Notes under the pieces: model-generated
The model's input: only the letters and a program-made list of their open reading frames with translations
Database searches by the model: none
Told to the model about the DNA's origin: nothing
From: an uncultured Gemmatimonadaceae bacterium
Lineage (GTDB): Bacteria; Gemmatimonadota; Gemmatimonadetes; Gemmatimonadales; Gemmatimonadaceae
Direction of reading: 5' to 3'
NCBI GenBank assembly: GCA_963740355.1
Contig: CAVUDW010000002.1
Coordinates: 96,001 to 160,000 of the forward strand
Length of the DNA stretch: 64,000 nucleotides
Shown here: piece after piece, positions 1-9,056 of the stretch
Layout of the letters: each line of letters starts with the position of its first letter
How positions within the stretch are numbered: position 1 is the stretch's first letter
Translations under genes and position numbers: made by a program

Positions 1-67
1 AAAAATCCCAGACGCCGCGGCCTCTCCAACATGTTTCAGTTGTCAGTGCCGATACATCGCAGCGGCG

Positions 68-280
68 TCAGGCTGCGCCAGCGATATACCGTGCAACGCG
101 CCCACAAGTTTCACATCGCAGCGTCACATGGCTGCGCGGTGGCGGTGGCATTAGAGCCGGTTCACGCTCGAACTGCGCTGACGCGCAAGACGGGCAGACC
201 AGTGGAATTCCTGTACGATCGCTGGCGATGAGGTTCAGCGCTTGTGCAGGGTTGTACGACGCGGGCCGAGGCTTACGCAT
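68..280 (-). CDS. Small zinc-ribbon protein (70 aa)
   Basis: ATG at 280 with GGAGG RBS; CPSC...CETC motif pair. Confidence 0.7.
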   Translation of the reverse strand: MRKPRPASYNPAQALNLIASDRTGIPLVCPSCASAQFEREPALMPPPPRSHVTLRCETCGRVARYIAGAA

Positions 281-950
281 GTACCCTCCAAATTGTGGTC
301 CCTTTGGCAGATCGGGCGCCCTGTGCCAATGGGCTATGGCAGAACAGTAACCACTGCCGGAAGGGGTAGAGAAGGGGGCTAATGTCTCAGAACGAGTCTG
401 ATTCTTGATCGCGATGCCGCCTAACCTGGGCGGCAGTTCCGAGGCAGTGAGAGAATGCGGGCTTTGGCTCGGACTCACGTTCCGATTCGGTTGACCGCTA
501 AATGCTGGGATAGTGGCGTGTCACTGCGATGTAACTGGCGATCACTGTCGAGTCTCGCAGTTCGTGCATTCCGAAACCTGCAAACGGCAAAGGCAAACGT
601 GCAGGAACATGCGGTTGTCGGTAGTGAGAAAAACAGAAGCGTGAATGAGTCGGCGGTGTTACAAATCCAGCCGGTTATCAGTCCAAACGCTTCGTGCCAT
701 TTTGGCGGTATCGGAAGGCCGCTGCCGAGCCCATTCAGGGCTGTTTCCGCGCAAAATTCGTCGCCGCAGCACCGGCAGGTGGCAGGTGAGCCGACTCAAC
801 ACCCGCCGGCTTGGCGCCAGAATTGAGCGCACCGACGGGGCGACGGCCGAAAATCCGGGCCTTTTGGTGGACGCCGGCCCCAGGCACCGATAGCACCACT
901 GACAGTGCACGCATGACGCCAGCGACCAAACACGGCGCCAGCAGGCGATC

Positions 951-1955
951 TCAGGCCTCGTCCCACCGGAACGGCCGCCGCCACAAGCGTCGGTCCAGCT
1001 GCCAGGACTTCCGCATCGAGACTTCGTCGCCCGGTGCGAACAACTCTGCATCAGCGAGCGCTTCCACGAACGAATCGGCCTTGGCGCTCGTCTCATCCGC
1101 CCAGTGCAGCAACTCCGCCTCGAGTGTCATCGGCTGCACAGGGCTTCCGAATTCGAGCGAGCCATGGTGGGACAGGATCATGTGCTGCAGCTCGGTGATC
1201 TGCACATCCGTGAGTGTGCATGTGCCGGCCACGCGCGCTGCCGCCACACGTTCGGTGAACATCAGGCAACCCAGCACCACATGGCCAATCAGGTGATTCC
1301 GTGGATCGTAGCCAAGGCCTTTGGCATCAACGGTATACGCCTCGACCTTGCCGATGTCATGCAGCAGCGCGCCGGTGATCACGAGATCGACGTTCGCCTT
1401 GCGCATCGTCTTCGCCATCTGTTGTCCGATCGACGCGACCTCGCACACATGCAGCAGCAATCCGCCAAGCTTCGCATGATGCCCGCGCACGGCGCCGGGC
1501 GTTCGCTCGAACTTCGTACGAAACGCATCATCGCCGAAGAACAGGTCCACCGCCTCCTTCAGGCGCGGTGTCGTGATGGAATTGCGAAGCTTGTCGAGCG
1601 CGTCCCAGAGGCGCTCGGTGACGTACTCGACGCGCGGCAGGAATTCATCGATGCGTTCCGTGCCCACGGGCACCACACGCACGGGGCCGGTCAGCTTCAA
1701 CTGGCGAGAGCCCGTCTTGGCGTAGACCTCGATCTGGCCAAGCACCTGCACCACCCGTCCCTTCTCCACCCCGTCGACCCAGCTGGCGTTGTCCTTCCAG
1801 ATCGGCGCCGACTGTACCGTGCCGCTCGCATTGCCCAGCGTGAGCACCCAGAACGGATCCCCCGCGCCCGTGGTGCGTTCGACACGCTCGAGGACCAGGA
1901 GTTCAGCGGAGACGGCGGCGCCGGCAGCGAGCTGCGGCAGCATCAGAGGCGGCAT
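951..1955 (-). CDS. yhaM: OB-fold + HD-domain 3'-5' exoribonuclease, YhaM/CBF1 family
   Basis: N-terminal OB-like region; GHHAKLGGLLLH, LLHDIGK, GHV, ILSHHG, HWAD motifs. Confidence 0.85.
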   Translation of the reverse strand: MPPLMLPQLAAGAAVSAELLVLERVERTTGAGDPFWVLTLGNASGTVQSAPIWKDNASWVDGVEKGRVVQVLGQIEVYAKTGSRQLKLTGPVRVVPVGTERIDEFLPRVEYVTERLWDALDKLRNSITTPRLKEAVDLFFGDDAFRTKFERTPGAVRGHHAKLGGLLLHVCEVASIGQQMAKTMRKANVDLVITGALLHDIGKVEAYTVDAKGLGYDPRNHLIGHVVLGCLMFTERVAAARVAGTCTLTDVQITELQHMILSHHGSLEFGSPVQPMTLEAELLHWADETSAKADSFVEALADAELFAPGDEVSMRKSWQLDRRLWRRPFRWDEA

Positions 1956-2107
1956 GGATCAGCGAGGCGAATCGAGAGAAGGCGCAGCAGCAAACAGGAG
2001 ACGAAGATGATGACGAGGCTCAAGCCCTGTCGAGGCGGCGCAACCTGCGTATCATCGTTCCAGTGCTCCGCCCGACCCGAACAAGCTGTCCCACCGTCCT
2101 GACACCG

Positions 2108-2392
2108 ATGAAGCGCTACCGCAATCTGATCATCACCGTGCTGCTGCTTGCCGGCATGGCAACGCTGTTCTGGAAGAAGACGATGTCCGCCCAGCTCGCC
2201 ACCTGCGAAGTGTGCGTGGTCTTCAACGGCCAGAAGCAGTGCTCGAAGGCGAGTGGATCGTCGGCGCAGGAAGCAACGCGCACGGCGCACTCGACGGCGT
2301 GTGGGCCGATCTCGAATGGCATGAATGAGAAGATCGCGTGCGACAGCCGCCCGCCCGAGACCCAGCGCTGTGATTCGCCGCCGGCGCCGTGA
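2108..2392 (+). CDS. Small exported or membrane-anchored Cys-rich protein
   Basis: Basic N-terminus plus hydrophobic stretch; six Cys in the remaining ~70 aa. Confidence 0.75.
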   Translation: MKRYRNLIITVLLLAGMATLFWKKTMSAQLATCEVCVVFNGQKQCSKASGSSAQEATRTAHSTACGPISNGMNEKIACDSRPPETQRCDSPPAP

Positions 2393-2407
2393 TCACCAGC
2401 GCCGTGA

Positions 2408-2626
2408 TCAATTGAAGAAAAGCACGTCTCCGTCGCTCTCCAGCGCCAACTGCAGGTGTGCGGCGCAGACCCCGCACACCATCTCGGCAATCCAGGCCGC
2501 GCCAGCGATGTGATCGCTGGCGTCGGCGGCGCGCAGCTTCAACTTCTTGTACGTGTATTCGCTGCAACGGGGACAGGCCTGAGCGCGTGCAATGCGTTCC
2601 GCGCGCTCCTTCGTGACAATCGTCAT
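2408..2626 (-). CDS. Small zinc-ribbon protein (72 aa)
   Basis: CPRC...CGVC; ATG lies 1 nt after the SPFH stop. Confidence 0.75.
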   Translation of the reverse strand: MTIVTKERAERIARAQACPRCSEYTYKKLKLRAADASDHIAGAAWIAEMVCGVCAAHLQLALESDGDVLFFN

Positions 2627-2627
2627 G

Positions 2628-3683
2628 TCAGCTGCCGAACCCCGGCGGGAAGTCGCTCGGCAAGCGTGGAGCAGACGGCGGCGACGAGCGCGGCGGCTCG
2701 ACGTTCGTGCCACCACTGGTGCGGTTGAGCAACTCACGAATGCCACCCAGTGCACCCATCATTCCCGCGGCCTCCGCCGGGAGGAAGACCGTGCTGCCCT
2801 TGCTCGCTGCGAGGGCCGGCAACATCTCGAGATACTTCTGTCCCAGCAGGTACATCGCCACCTGACCGTCCGGCAATGCCGCGGCGATGCGCTTGATCGC
2901 CTCGGCCTCGGCCGACGCCATCGCGAGACGCGCCTCGGCGAGGCCCGAAGCGCGAAGGATCGAGGCTTCGCGCTCGCCCTGCGCCTTCTGGATCTGTGAC
3001 TCCCGTGAGCCTTCCGACTCGAGAATCTGCGCCCGCTTGGTGGCCTCGGCATTCGTGACCGAGGCACGGCGCTCGCGCTCGGCGCGCATCTGCAATTCCA
3101 TCGACTGCTGAATGTCGCGCGGCGGTTCGATGCTCTGCAGCTCGACGCGTGTGACGTCGACACCCCATCCGATCGACGCTTCCTCGATCGTCTCACGCAT
3201 GCGGGTGTTGATGCCGTCGCGACTGGTGAGTGTGGTGTCGAGCTCCATTTCACCCACGATGTTGCGCAACGCGGTGCGTGTCAGCGTCTCGAGTGCAAAG
3301 GGAAGGTTCTGGACCGAGTACGTCGCCTTCTGCGGATCGGCGACGCGATAGTACATGACGGCATCGATATCGATGGTCACGTTGTCCTTCGTGATGACCG
3401 GCTGGCTGGGAAAGTTCAGCACCTGCTCACGCAGGTCGATCCGCGACGTGGAGCCACTGGTGACCTTCTTCACGCCCGAGACATCCTGCCCGAAGAAACG
3501 CACGTCGATGGTGCGTGGGCGCTCGATGAATGGGATCAGGACGTTGAAGCCGGACCGTGCAATGCGGTTGAAGCGCCCGAGCCGCTCGATGACCATCACT
3601 TCGGCCTGGCCGATGATCTTGAAGGAGCTGGTGCCGATGAAGAGCACGATCAGCACGATGATCAGAGGGAGGAGCCACGCCAT
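2628..3683 (-). CDS. SPFH/band-7 (QmcA/stomatin-like) membrane protein
   Basis: N-terminal TM helix; VIERLGRF, ITKDNV, AERERRA, ILESEG coiled-coil motifs; start re-assigned to MAWLLP. Confidence 0.92.
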   Translation of the reverse strand: MAWLLPLIIVLIVLFIGTSSFKIIGQAEVMVIERLGRFNRIARSGFNVLIPFIERPRTIDVRFFGQDVSGVKKVTSGSTSRIDLREQVLNFPSQPVITKDNVTIDIDAVMYYRVADPQKATYSVQNLPFALETLTRTALRNIVGEMELDTTLTSRDGINTRMRETIEEASIGWGVDVTRVELQSIEPPRDIQQSMELQMRAERERRASVTNAEATKRAQILESEGSRESQIQKAQGEREASILRASGLAEARLAMASAEAEAIKRIAAALPDGQVAMYLLGQKYLEMLPALAASKGSTVFLPAEAAGMMGALGGIRELLNRTSGGTNVEPPRSSPPSAPRLPSDFPPGFGS

Positions 3684-3759
3684 TGCAGAGTCCTGAGGTT
3701 GGAGTAGGAGACTCCTGAAAGATGGCAGCCCCGCACAGCCTGCGGGGGGAATGGCGAAT

Positions 3760-3795
3760 GGGGTCGGCGCTCCGGTGCTCCGGAACGCCGACCCC
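3760..3795 (-). terminator. GC-rich hairpin downstream of the PD40 gene
   Basis: GGGGTCGGCG...CGCCGACCCC inverted repeat; weak U-tract. Confidence 0.5.
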
Positions 3796-3825
3796 ATCTC
3801 AGCCGGACGAACTCATCCGTATTGG

Positions 3826-4914
3826 CTACTGCACCCAGTCGGCGATGAACAGGTTCGTTTCGGTCTGCTTCTGGTCGAAGCGATTCGAGGCCCAGATCAG
3901 CTGCTTGCCATCGGGGCTGAACATCGGGAAGCCGTCGAAGACGCCGTTGGTCGTGACCTGCTCGAGGTTCGAACCATCGAGGTTGACGAGGAACAGGTCG
4001 AAGTTGCCGCTACGTGGATTCTTGTGGTTCGACGCGAAGATGATGCGCTTGCCGTCTGGCGTCCACGACGGACCGAAGTTGGCGCCGCCGAGATGGGTGA
4101 TCTGGCGATTGTCGCTGCCATCGGCGTTCATCACGAACAGTTCGACCTTGCTGGGGCGGATCAGGCCCTGCGCGAGGAGTTCGTGGTACTGCCGCACTTC
4201 CGTCGAGTCCTTCGGATGATGCGCGCGGTACACGATCTTCGTGCCATCGGGTGACCACCAGGCGCCGCCGTCATAGCCTTCGGTATTGGTCAGGCGCTTC
4301 ACGTCCGAGCCATCGACATTCATGGTGTAGATGTCGAGGTCTCCGTCCTTGAGCGACGTGAAGACGATGCGCTTGCCATTGGGCGACAGCACACCTTCCG
4401 CCGTGTAGACGTTGTAGTTCGTGAGGCGACGGAGGTCCGACCCGTCACGCTTGGCGGTGAAGATGTCGAACTTGTCGAGCGGCCAGACGTAGCCCTTCGA
4501 GGGATCAGGCTTGGGCGGGCAGGTGCTGTCATGCATGTGGCTCGACCCGAAGAACACGCGGTCGCTGCCCGGGATGAACCACCCGCAGGTGGTCTTGCCG
4601 TTGCCGTTGGAGATGCGACGGAGGTCGGTGCCGTCGGCGCGCATCACGTACTGCTGGTCACAGGTCCGGCCATTCCGCGAGGACTGGAAGGTGATCCACT
4701 TTCCGTCCTGGCTGAAATACGCCTCGGCATTTTCGCCACCGTCGGTGATCTGGCGGATGTTCGCGAGATGCGGCTCGGTGGGATCGGCGGGGCGCGCGAT
4801 GTTGACGCCCGGAGCTGGTGCCGGCGCGCTGCCGGGCGTAGCGGAGGTGCAGGCGGCTGCTGTGATCAGCAGCGCGGCGATGGTGGCAGGCAGGATGGTG
4901 CGGGCGGTCGTCAT
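3826..4914 (-). CDS. TolB-like PD40 beta-propeller lipoprotein
   Basis: Lipobox TAAAC; repeated (F/W/L)SPDG..I.F motifs. Confidence 0.88.
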   Translation of the reverse strand: MTTARTILPATIAALLITAAACTSATPGSAPAPAPGVNIARPADPTEPHLANIRQITDGGENAEAYFSQDGKWITFQSSRNGRTCDQQYVMRADGTDLRRISNGNGKTTCGWFIPGSDRVFFGSSHMHDSTCPPKPDPSKGYVWPLDKFDIFTAKRDGSDLRRLTNYNVYTAEGVLSPNGKRIVFTSLKDGDLDIYTMNVDGSDVKRLTNTEGYDGGAWWSPDGTKIVYRAHHPKDSTEVRQYHELLAQGLIRPSKVELFVMNADGSDNRQITHLGGANFGPSWTPDGKRIIFASNHKNPRSGNFDLFLVNLDGSNLEQVTTNGVFDGFPMFSPDGKQLIWASNRFDQKQTETNLFIADWVQ

Positions 4915-4944
4915 GACGAGCGTCGATGAGAAATTGCGGGGCCG

Positions 4945-4985
4945 AAAAACAGTCGAGGGGCCGGACGTGATGTCCGGCCCCTCGA
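4945..4985 (-). terminator. Rho-independent terminator of ctpA
   Basis: TCGAGGGGCCGGAC/GTCCGGCCCCTCGA stem followed by TGTTTTT on the minus strand. Confidence 0.75.
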
Positions 4986-5026
4986 GCAAAGTTATTCGTC
5001 CCGGCGAGACGCGCCGGTCCGTGTAA

Positions 5027-6637
5027 CTACGGACGGCGTGCGGAGGCGCCCGGTGCCGGGGCGGTGGCCGCGGCGATGCTGAGCAGATCCCGCTGCGTTC
5101 CACCGCGGCGGAGCAGTTCGAGGGCCTTCTTCATCTGTGGATCCTCGGCGAACTGTCGCTTGGCGACGGTCGAGTCGCCGAACGCGGCCTGCGCGACGCG
5201 GTTCGCGATCAGGCGATCGAAGTAGGCCGGGGCGGCGAAGTAGGTGGCCGAGTCGATCGGGACCTTGGCTGCCGTAATGCGCTTGAAGTACTCGCTGCGC
5301 CACGCCGGCGGCACGGTGAAGTTCGGCGTCTTGACCTGTGGACGCAGTTCTTCCGCGTACTGTGACAGCAATGAATACGCCTCCTGCACCTTCGCGCCGA
5401 GCATGCGCGCGGCCTTCTGTTCGAGCGTCGTGAGGGTGTCCGGACGGACTGTGATGTCAGGCGTGATACCGCCGCCACCGTAGATCACGCGGCCGGCATC
5501 GCTGCGGAACGCCGGGCGCGCCTTGCGTGCGCTGTCGGTTTCCATCGAGTCCGGCGCTTCTTCCTCAACGAACCGACCGTTGACGTACTTGCGCGGACGC
5601 TGAATGGAACGGCCGCTCGGCGTGAACCACTTGGCGGTCGTCATCTTCAGTGCGTAGCCGCCATCGAGACGGAAGAGCGACTGCACCAGGCCCTTGCCGA
5701 AGCTGGTGGTGCCGACGATCAGTGCGCGATCGTGATCCTGCAATGCGCCGGCAACGATCTCGGATGCTGACGCCGAACCGTCGTCGACGAGGACGACCAT
5801 CGGCATGTTCGGCAGCATCGGATCTTCCTGCGCGATGAACTGCTGGTTCATGTCGGCGCGCCCACGGTAGGTGAGAATCTCCTTGCCCTTGGGCAGGAAG
5901 AGATTGCTCATCACGAAGGCCTCGTCGAGGATGCCACCCGGGTTGTCGCGGAGGTCGATGATCAACGACTTCATCCCTTCGCGCTGCAGCTGCTGGATGC
6001 CGCGAATGGTTTCCGACGACGACGTTTCGTTGAAGCCCTGCACCGGGATGTAACCCACACCACCATCCAGCATGGTGACGAACGGCACGGCCGGAATGTG
6101 GATCGTGGCGCGAACGAAGGTCGCGTTGATCGGATCGGTGACACCGGGGCGATTGAATCGCACACGGACACGCGTGCCTGGATCACCCTTCAGCTTGGAC
6201 GACACGGAGTCGACGATCCAGCCGCGAGTCGACGCCGAGTCGATCATGATGATGCGATCGCCGGACGCGATACCGGCACCGGCAGCGGGGGTATTCGGGA
6301 AGACCTTCACGACCGTGATGGCACCCTTGATGTCCTGGATCTGCATGCCGACGCCAGCATACCGACCGTTGGTGCCCTGCGTGAACGCCGCGAATTCCTT
6401 CGGCGTGTAGAGTGTCGTATATGGATCGTTGAGCTGCGCGATGAGACCGCGCGCTGCCTTCTCGTAGAGCGCTGTCGCGTCCACGGTGTCGACGAATCGT
6501 TCCGAGACACGTCGCAACACTTGATCGAACAGCATGGCGCCGTCTCGCGCCTCACGATTTTGCCAGACGAAGCCGCCGGCAACGAGAGGGACAGCGATGA
6601 GGATGGCGCCCACAACGGCGCGACGCGTACTCGACAT
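5027..6637 (-). CDS. ctpA: C-terminal processing protease (S41A, PDZ domain)
   Basis: DPYT, GVG-PDZ, DLRDNPGG, SASASEIVAGALQD, SFGKGLVQ motifs. Confidence 0.93.
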   Translation of the reverse strand: MSSTRRAVVGAILIAVPLVAGGFVWQNREARDGAMLFDQVLRRVSERFVDTVDATALYEKAARGLIAQLNDPYTTLYTPKEFAAFTQGTNGRYAGVGMQIQDIKGAITVVKVFPNTPAAGAGIASGDRIIMIDSASTRGWIVDSVSSKLKGDPGTRVRVRFNRPGVTDPINATFVRATIHIPAVPFVTMLDGGVGYIPVQGFNETSSSETIRGIQQLQREGMKSLIIDLRDNPGGILDEAFVMSNLFLPKGKEILTYRGRADMNQQFIAQEDPMLPNMPMVVLVDDGSASASEIVAGALQDHDRALIVGTTSFGKGLVQSLFRLDGGYALKMTTAKWFTPSGRSIQRPRKYVNGRFVEEEAPDSMETDSARKARPAFRSDAGRVIYGGGGITPDITVRPDTLTTLEQKAARMLGAKVQEAYSLLSQYAEELRPQVKTPNFTVPPAWRSEYFKRITAAKVPIDSATYFAAPAYFDRLIANRVAQAAFGDSTVAKRQFAEDPQMKKALELLRRGGTQRDLLSIAAATAPAPGASARRP

Positions 6638-6761
6638 GAACACCTTCCAGCAGGAAAAGGACAGTCGGTCGGGATCGTCCAACCGGCTACTGTACCGGAA
6701 CGTACCCTGCAAGTTCCGGAGCCCCAAGCGGTCAAGCTCTACGCGCCGGCACCTGCTTTCG

Positions 6762-7691
6762 TCACGTCCAGCGATACTCCATGTACCACGAGCGCCCGTC
6801 CTGCGATTCCTCGGCAGCGTGGACGATGCCTGCCGCGACAAGCATTTCACTGGCGGGCTTGACCACGCGCAGGATATGGCTGGGATAACGCTGCGTGAGT
6901 GGAAGCAACTCCGCCAGCGTTTCGAGCGAGACACGCCAGCGACCGTCGGCCCCTGCGGCAAGCTGGACTGCGATCAGGCGATAGATCCGTCGCGCGACCG
7001 GCGACAGCAATGATGAGTAGCCACCAAGACGGAGGGACGTGACATGTCCGGCGTCGAGGTTGCTGCGCACCTGCGGTGCGAGCGTCACGCGTGCGACGCC
7101 AGGTTCGGCGGCGGTGACGCTGGGAAAGAGCGAGAGCTGATCGCGGTCGGCGGCGCGACGTCGATCAACGGTGGCGGCGCTGAGGAGCGTGAAGGCGCCT
7201 TCGAGCGGCTTGCTGTTGGTGGCGTCCCAGTAGGCGCCCGCACTCTCGAGCGTCGTGCGTTCGAGGCGTGCGAGTGCGCCGCGCAGCTGTTCGTAGGTGC
7301 GCCCGTCGACACGTCGACCCATGGCGCGCAGAAAGGCGTGGAGCGTGAAGGTGAGGACACCATCGGCCGGTCGACCTGACTCCTGATAGCGATACAGCAG
7401 TTCGATGTAGACGTCCTGATCGAAGGTGCCGGGCAGGCGGTCACCTGGGGCGGGCAACACACGCCAACGGCCGCCGCTGGGGGTGGTGAAGGCGATGGCC
7501 CCTTCTTCGTTCGAGTCGCTGAGCCGAAACAGCGGCAGGGCCTCGAGGGCGCGATCGAGATAGACGAGCCGACTGGCGGCGCGCCGCTTGCTGGCTGCGC
7601 CACCACCGCTGGAGAGATCTCCGCCGCGCGCGAGCGCCGCTGCATTGAGCGGTGCCGAGCCAGCTGACAAATGCTCTGCCGGAGTCAGCAC
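6762..7691 (-). CDS. Plasmid-type replication initiator-like protein (RepA/RPA/TrfA-like winged helix)
   Basis: LEALPLFRLS, LPGTFDQDVYIELL, FTLHAFLRAMG..DGRTYEQLRGALARL, YSSLLSPVARRIYRL, LAELLPL pattern; GTG start 1 nt after the upstream stop. Confidence 0.7.
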   Translation of the reverse strand: MLTPAEHLSAGSAPLNAAALARGGDLSSGGGAASKRRAASRLVYLDRALEALPLFRLSDSNEEGAIAFTTPSGGRWRVLPAPGDRLPGTFDQDVYIELLYRYQESGRPADGVLTFTLHAFLRAMGRRVDGRTYEQLRGALARLERTTLESAGAYWDATNSKPLEGAFTLLSAATVDRRRAADRDQLSLFPSVTAAEPGVARVTLAPQVRSNLDAGHVTSLRLGGYSSLLSPVARRIYRLIAVQLAAGADGRWRVSLETLAELLPLTQRYPSHILRVVKPASEMLVAAGIVHAAEESQDGRSWYMEYRWT

Positions 7692-7692
7692 A

Positions 7693-8244
7693 TCAGTTCC
7701 TGGCGTCCGAGCGACCCAATGCCGTCCGGATCGCGTCACGCATCGCGACGATGGTGTCGTCGCGTGCGCCAGCCGCATCGGTGCGTATGTGCAACTCGAT
7801 TCCATCGGCCACCTGCACCCGACGCCACTCGGCGACGGGTTGTGCATCATCGGTGCGCACGGTGAGGTCGGCGCTGTGCGTGAGCGCCGGTGCGAGGGCG
7901 GTGGCGACGCGACGTTCGAGTTGCTCGCCACTTACACCGGCGAGCTCCTTCTTGATCACTTCGAGCGTCTGCCCTTCGCGCTGCCGGATCTTGATCGCGA
8001 GCAGCTGCAGCAGGTGTCGATAGCCGTAGGTGGCCGTGGTGCCGGCGCCTTCGGGGCGATCGAGCAAGCGTTGCGCGACGTAGAAGCGGATCGCACGCGC
8101 GCTGGGTGCGGCACGCGCCGACGTGTTGGTGGGCCGGAACCCGGCGGAATCGACGAGGGCCGTGGCATGCGCGGCGAGACCGCGCGCATTCCAAGGGGCG
8201 TGCCGGCTATGGGCACGAAGCAGTGCGACCGGAGAGTCGGTCAT
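7693..8244 (-). CDS. MerR-family HTH DNA-binding protein
   Basis: SARAIRFYVAQRLLDRP...ATYGYRHLLQLLAIK...GQTLEVIK. Confidence 0.85.
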   Translation of the reverse strand: MTDSPVALLRAHSRHAPWNARGLAAHATALVDSAGFRPTNTSARAAPSARAIRFYVAQRLLDRPEGAGTTATYGYRHLLQLLAIKIRQREGQTLEVIKKELAGVSGEQLERRVATALAPALTHSADLTVRTDDAQPVAEWRRVQVADGIELHIRTDAAGARDDTIVAMRDAIRTALGRSDARN

Positions 8245-8286
8245 GCGTGGGGAATCGGGCGGAGTGTGCGCACTCACACATGTCGA

Positions 8287-8334
8287 TGACACGGCGCGCG
8301 CCGTAAGAACACGCGAACGCGCCGTCAGTGTCAA
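8287..8334 (-). promoter_or_regulatory. Candidate promoter/operator of the merR-rep pair
   Basis: TTGACA on the minus strand (8329-8334); perfect palindrome ACGGCGCGCGCCGT (8291-8304); ACGGCGCG repeated. Confidence 0.45.
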
Positions 8335-8371
8335 GCCTCTGCTGTGATGCTGGCGGCTGTGAACTCTGGTC

Positions 8372-8449
8372 AAACACGAAAGACGAGCATGGCGGAGCGG
8401 CCCCTTTGCAGCATCCTCCCCACCGCTCACACCATGCCGTCTTCGTGTT
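8372..8449 (-). terminator. Long imperfect hairpin after the receiver gene (terminator or structured RNA)
   Basis: AACACGAAAGACGAGCATGGCGGAGCGG pairs with CCGCTCACACCATGCCGTCTTCGTGTT. Confidence 0.5.
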
Positions 8450-8459
8450 CGTGCGTCGT

Positions 8460-8867
8460 CTACGCTGCCGGTGCGCTATCGGATGGCGACATCGCGGACG
8501 ACACACCATGTTCGCGTGCGAGCTTCGCAATCACCGACAGGTCGACTGGCTTCTCGAGGAAGTAGGTCGCGTTCAATCGTTCGGTCGCGTGCCGATTGTC
8601 GTCGTCAGGATAGGCAGTCAACACGATCGCCGGTGTGTTCTGGTGCACGAGTCCCGCCGCTGCGAGCACCTGCAACCCGCCATCCCGGTTGCCACCGAGT
8701 CGCAGGTCGGTGACGATGAGGTCGAGGGGGAGCTGCGCGAACAGCGCGGCCTTGGCTTCGCCCAGGGTAGCGGCGGCCATCACTGCGACCTCGTCAGAGG
8801 CAAAGAGGTCGACGAGCGATTCCCGGATGGAGATCTCGTCTTCAACGATCAGGACACGTTTCTGCAC
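8460..8867 (-). CDS. Single-domain response regulator (receiver)
   Basis: VLIVEDE, LIVTD, LTAY, FLEKP motifs; GTG start with AAGGAAG. Confidence 0.9.
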   Translation of the reverse strand: MQKRVLIVEDEISIRESLVDLFASDEVAVMAAATLGEAKAALFAQLPLDLIVTDLRLGGNRDGGLQVLAAAGLVHQNTPAIVLTAYPDDDNRHATERLNATYFLEKPVDLSVIAKLAREHGVSSAMSPSDSAPAA

Positions 8868-8880
8868 GACTTCCTTCAAG

Positions 8881-9017
8881 GCGAGAACCGTGCCGACCAC
8901 GACGAAATGTGTATCTCGTGGCTTGACAACGGTTTACGACGGTACGATGGCCATCGGCCTGAACGCTGATTGTCCGCTTTTCGGACATTCGAGCAGACGG
9001 TGTGCGAAAGTCGGTCA
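8881..9017 (-). promoter_or_regulatory. Candidate sigma-54 promoter with two enhancer palindromes
   Basis: CGGCACGGTTCTCGC (GG-N10-GC); TGTCCG-N5-CGGACA at 8971-8987 and TGTGCG-N5-CGGTCA at 9001-9017; IHF-like TAAACCGTTG between them. Confidence 0.6.
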
Positions 9018-9056
9018 TTCGACGTGTTGGTCCGGCCGTCCGAATAGGGCGGTTGA

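Noticed and set aside
951..1955. HD nuclease as Cas3'' or another defence nuclease
   Set aside because: OB+HD architecture fits YhaM and there is no cas or defence context
3826..4914. Genuine tolB of a Tol-Pal operon
   Set aside because: No TolB N-terminal domain and no tolQRA or pal neighbours
8923..8948. Plus-strand TTGACA...TACGAT promoter
   Set aside because: Spacer is only 14 bp and no plus-strand gene follows
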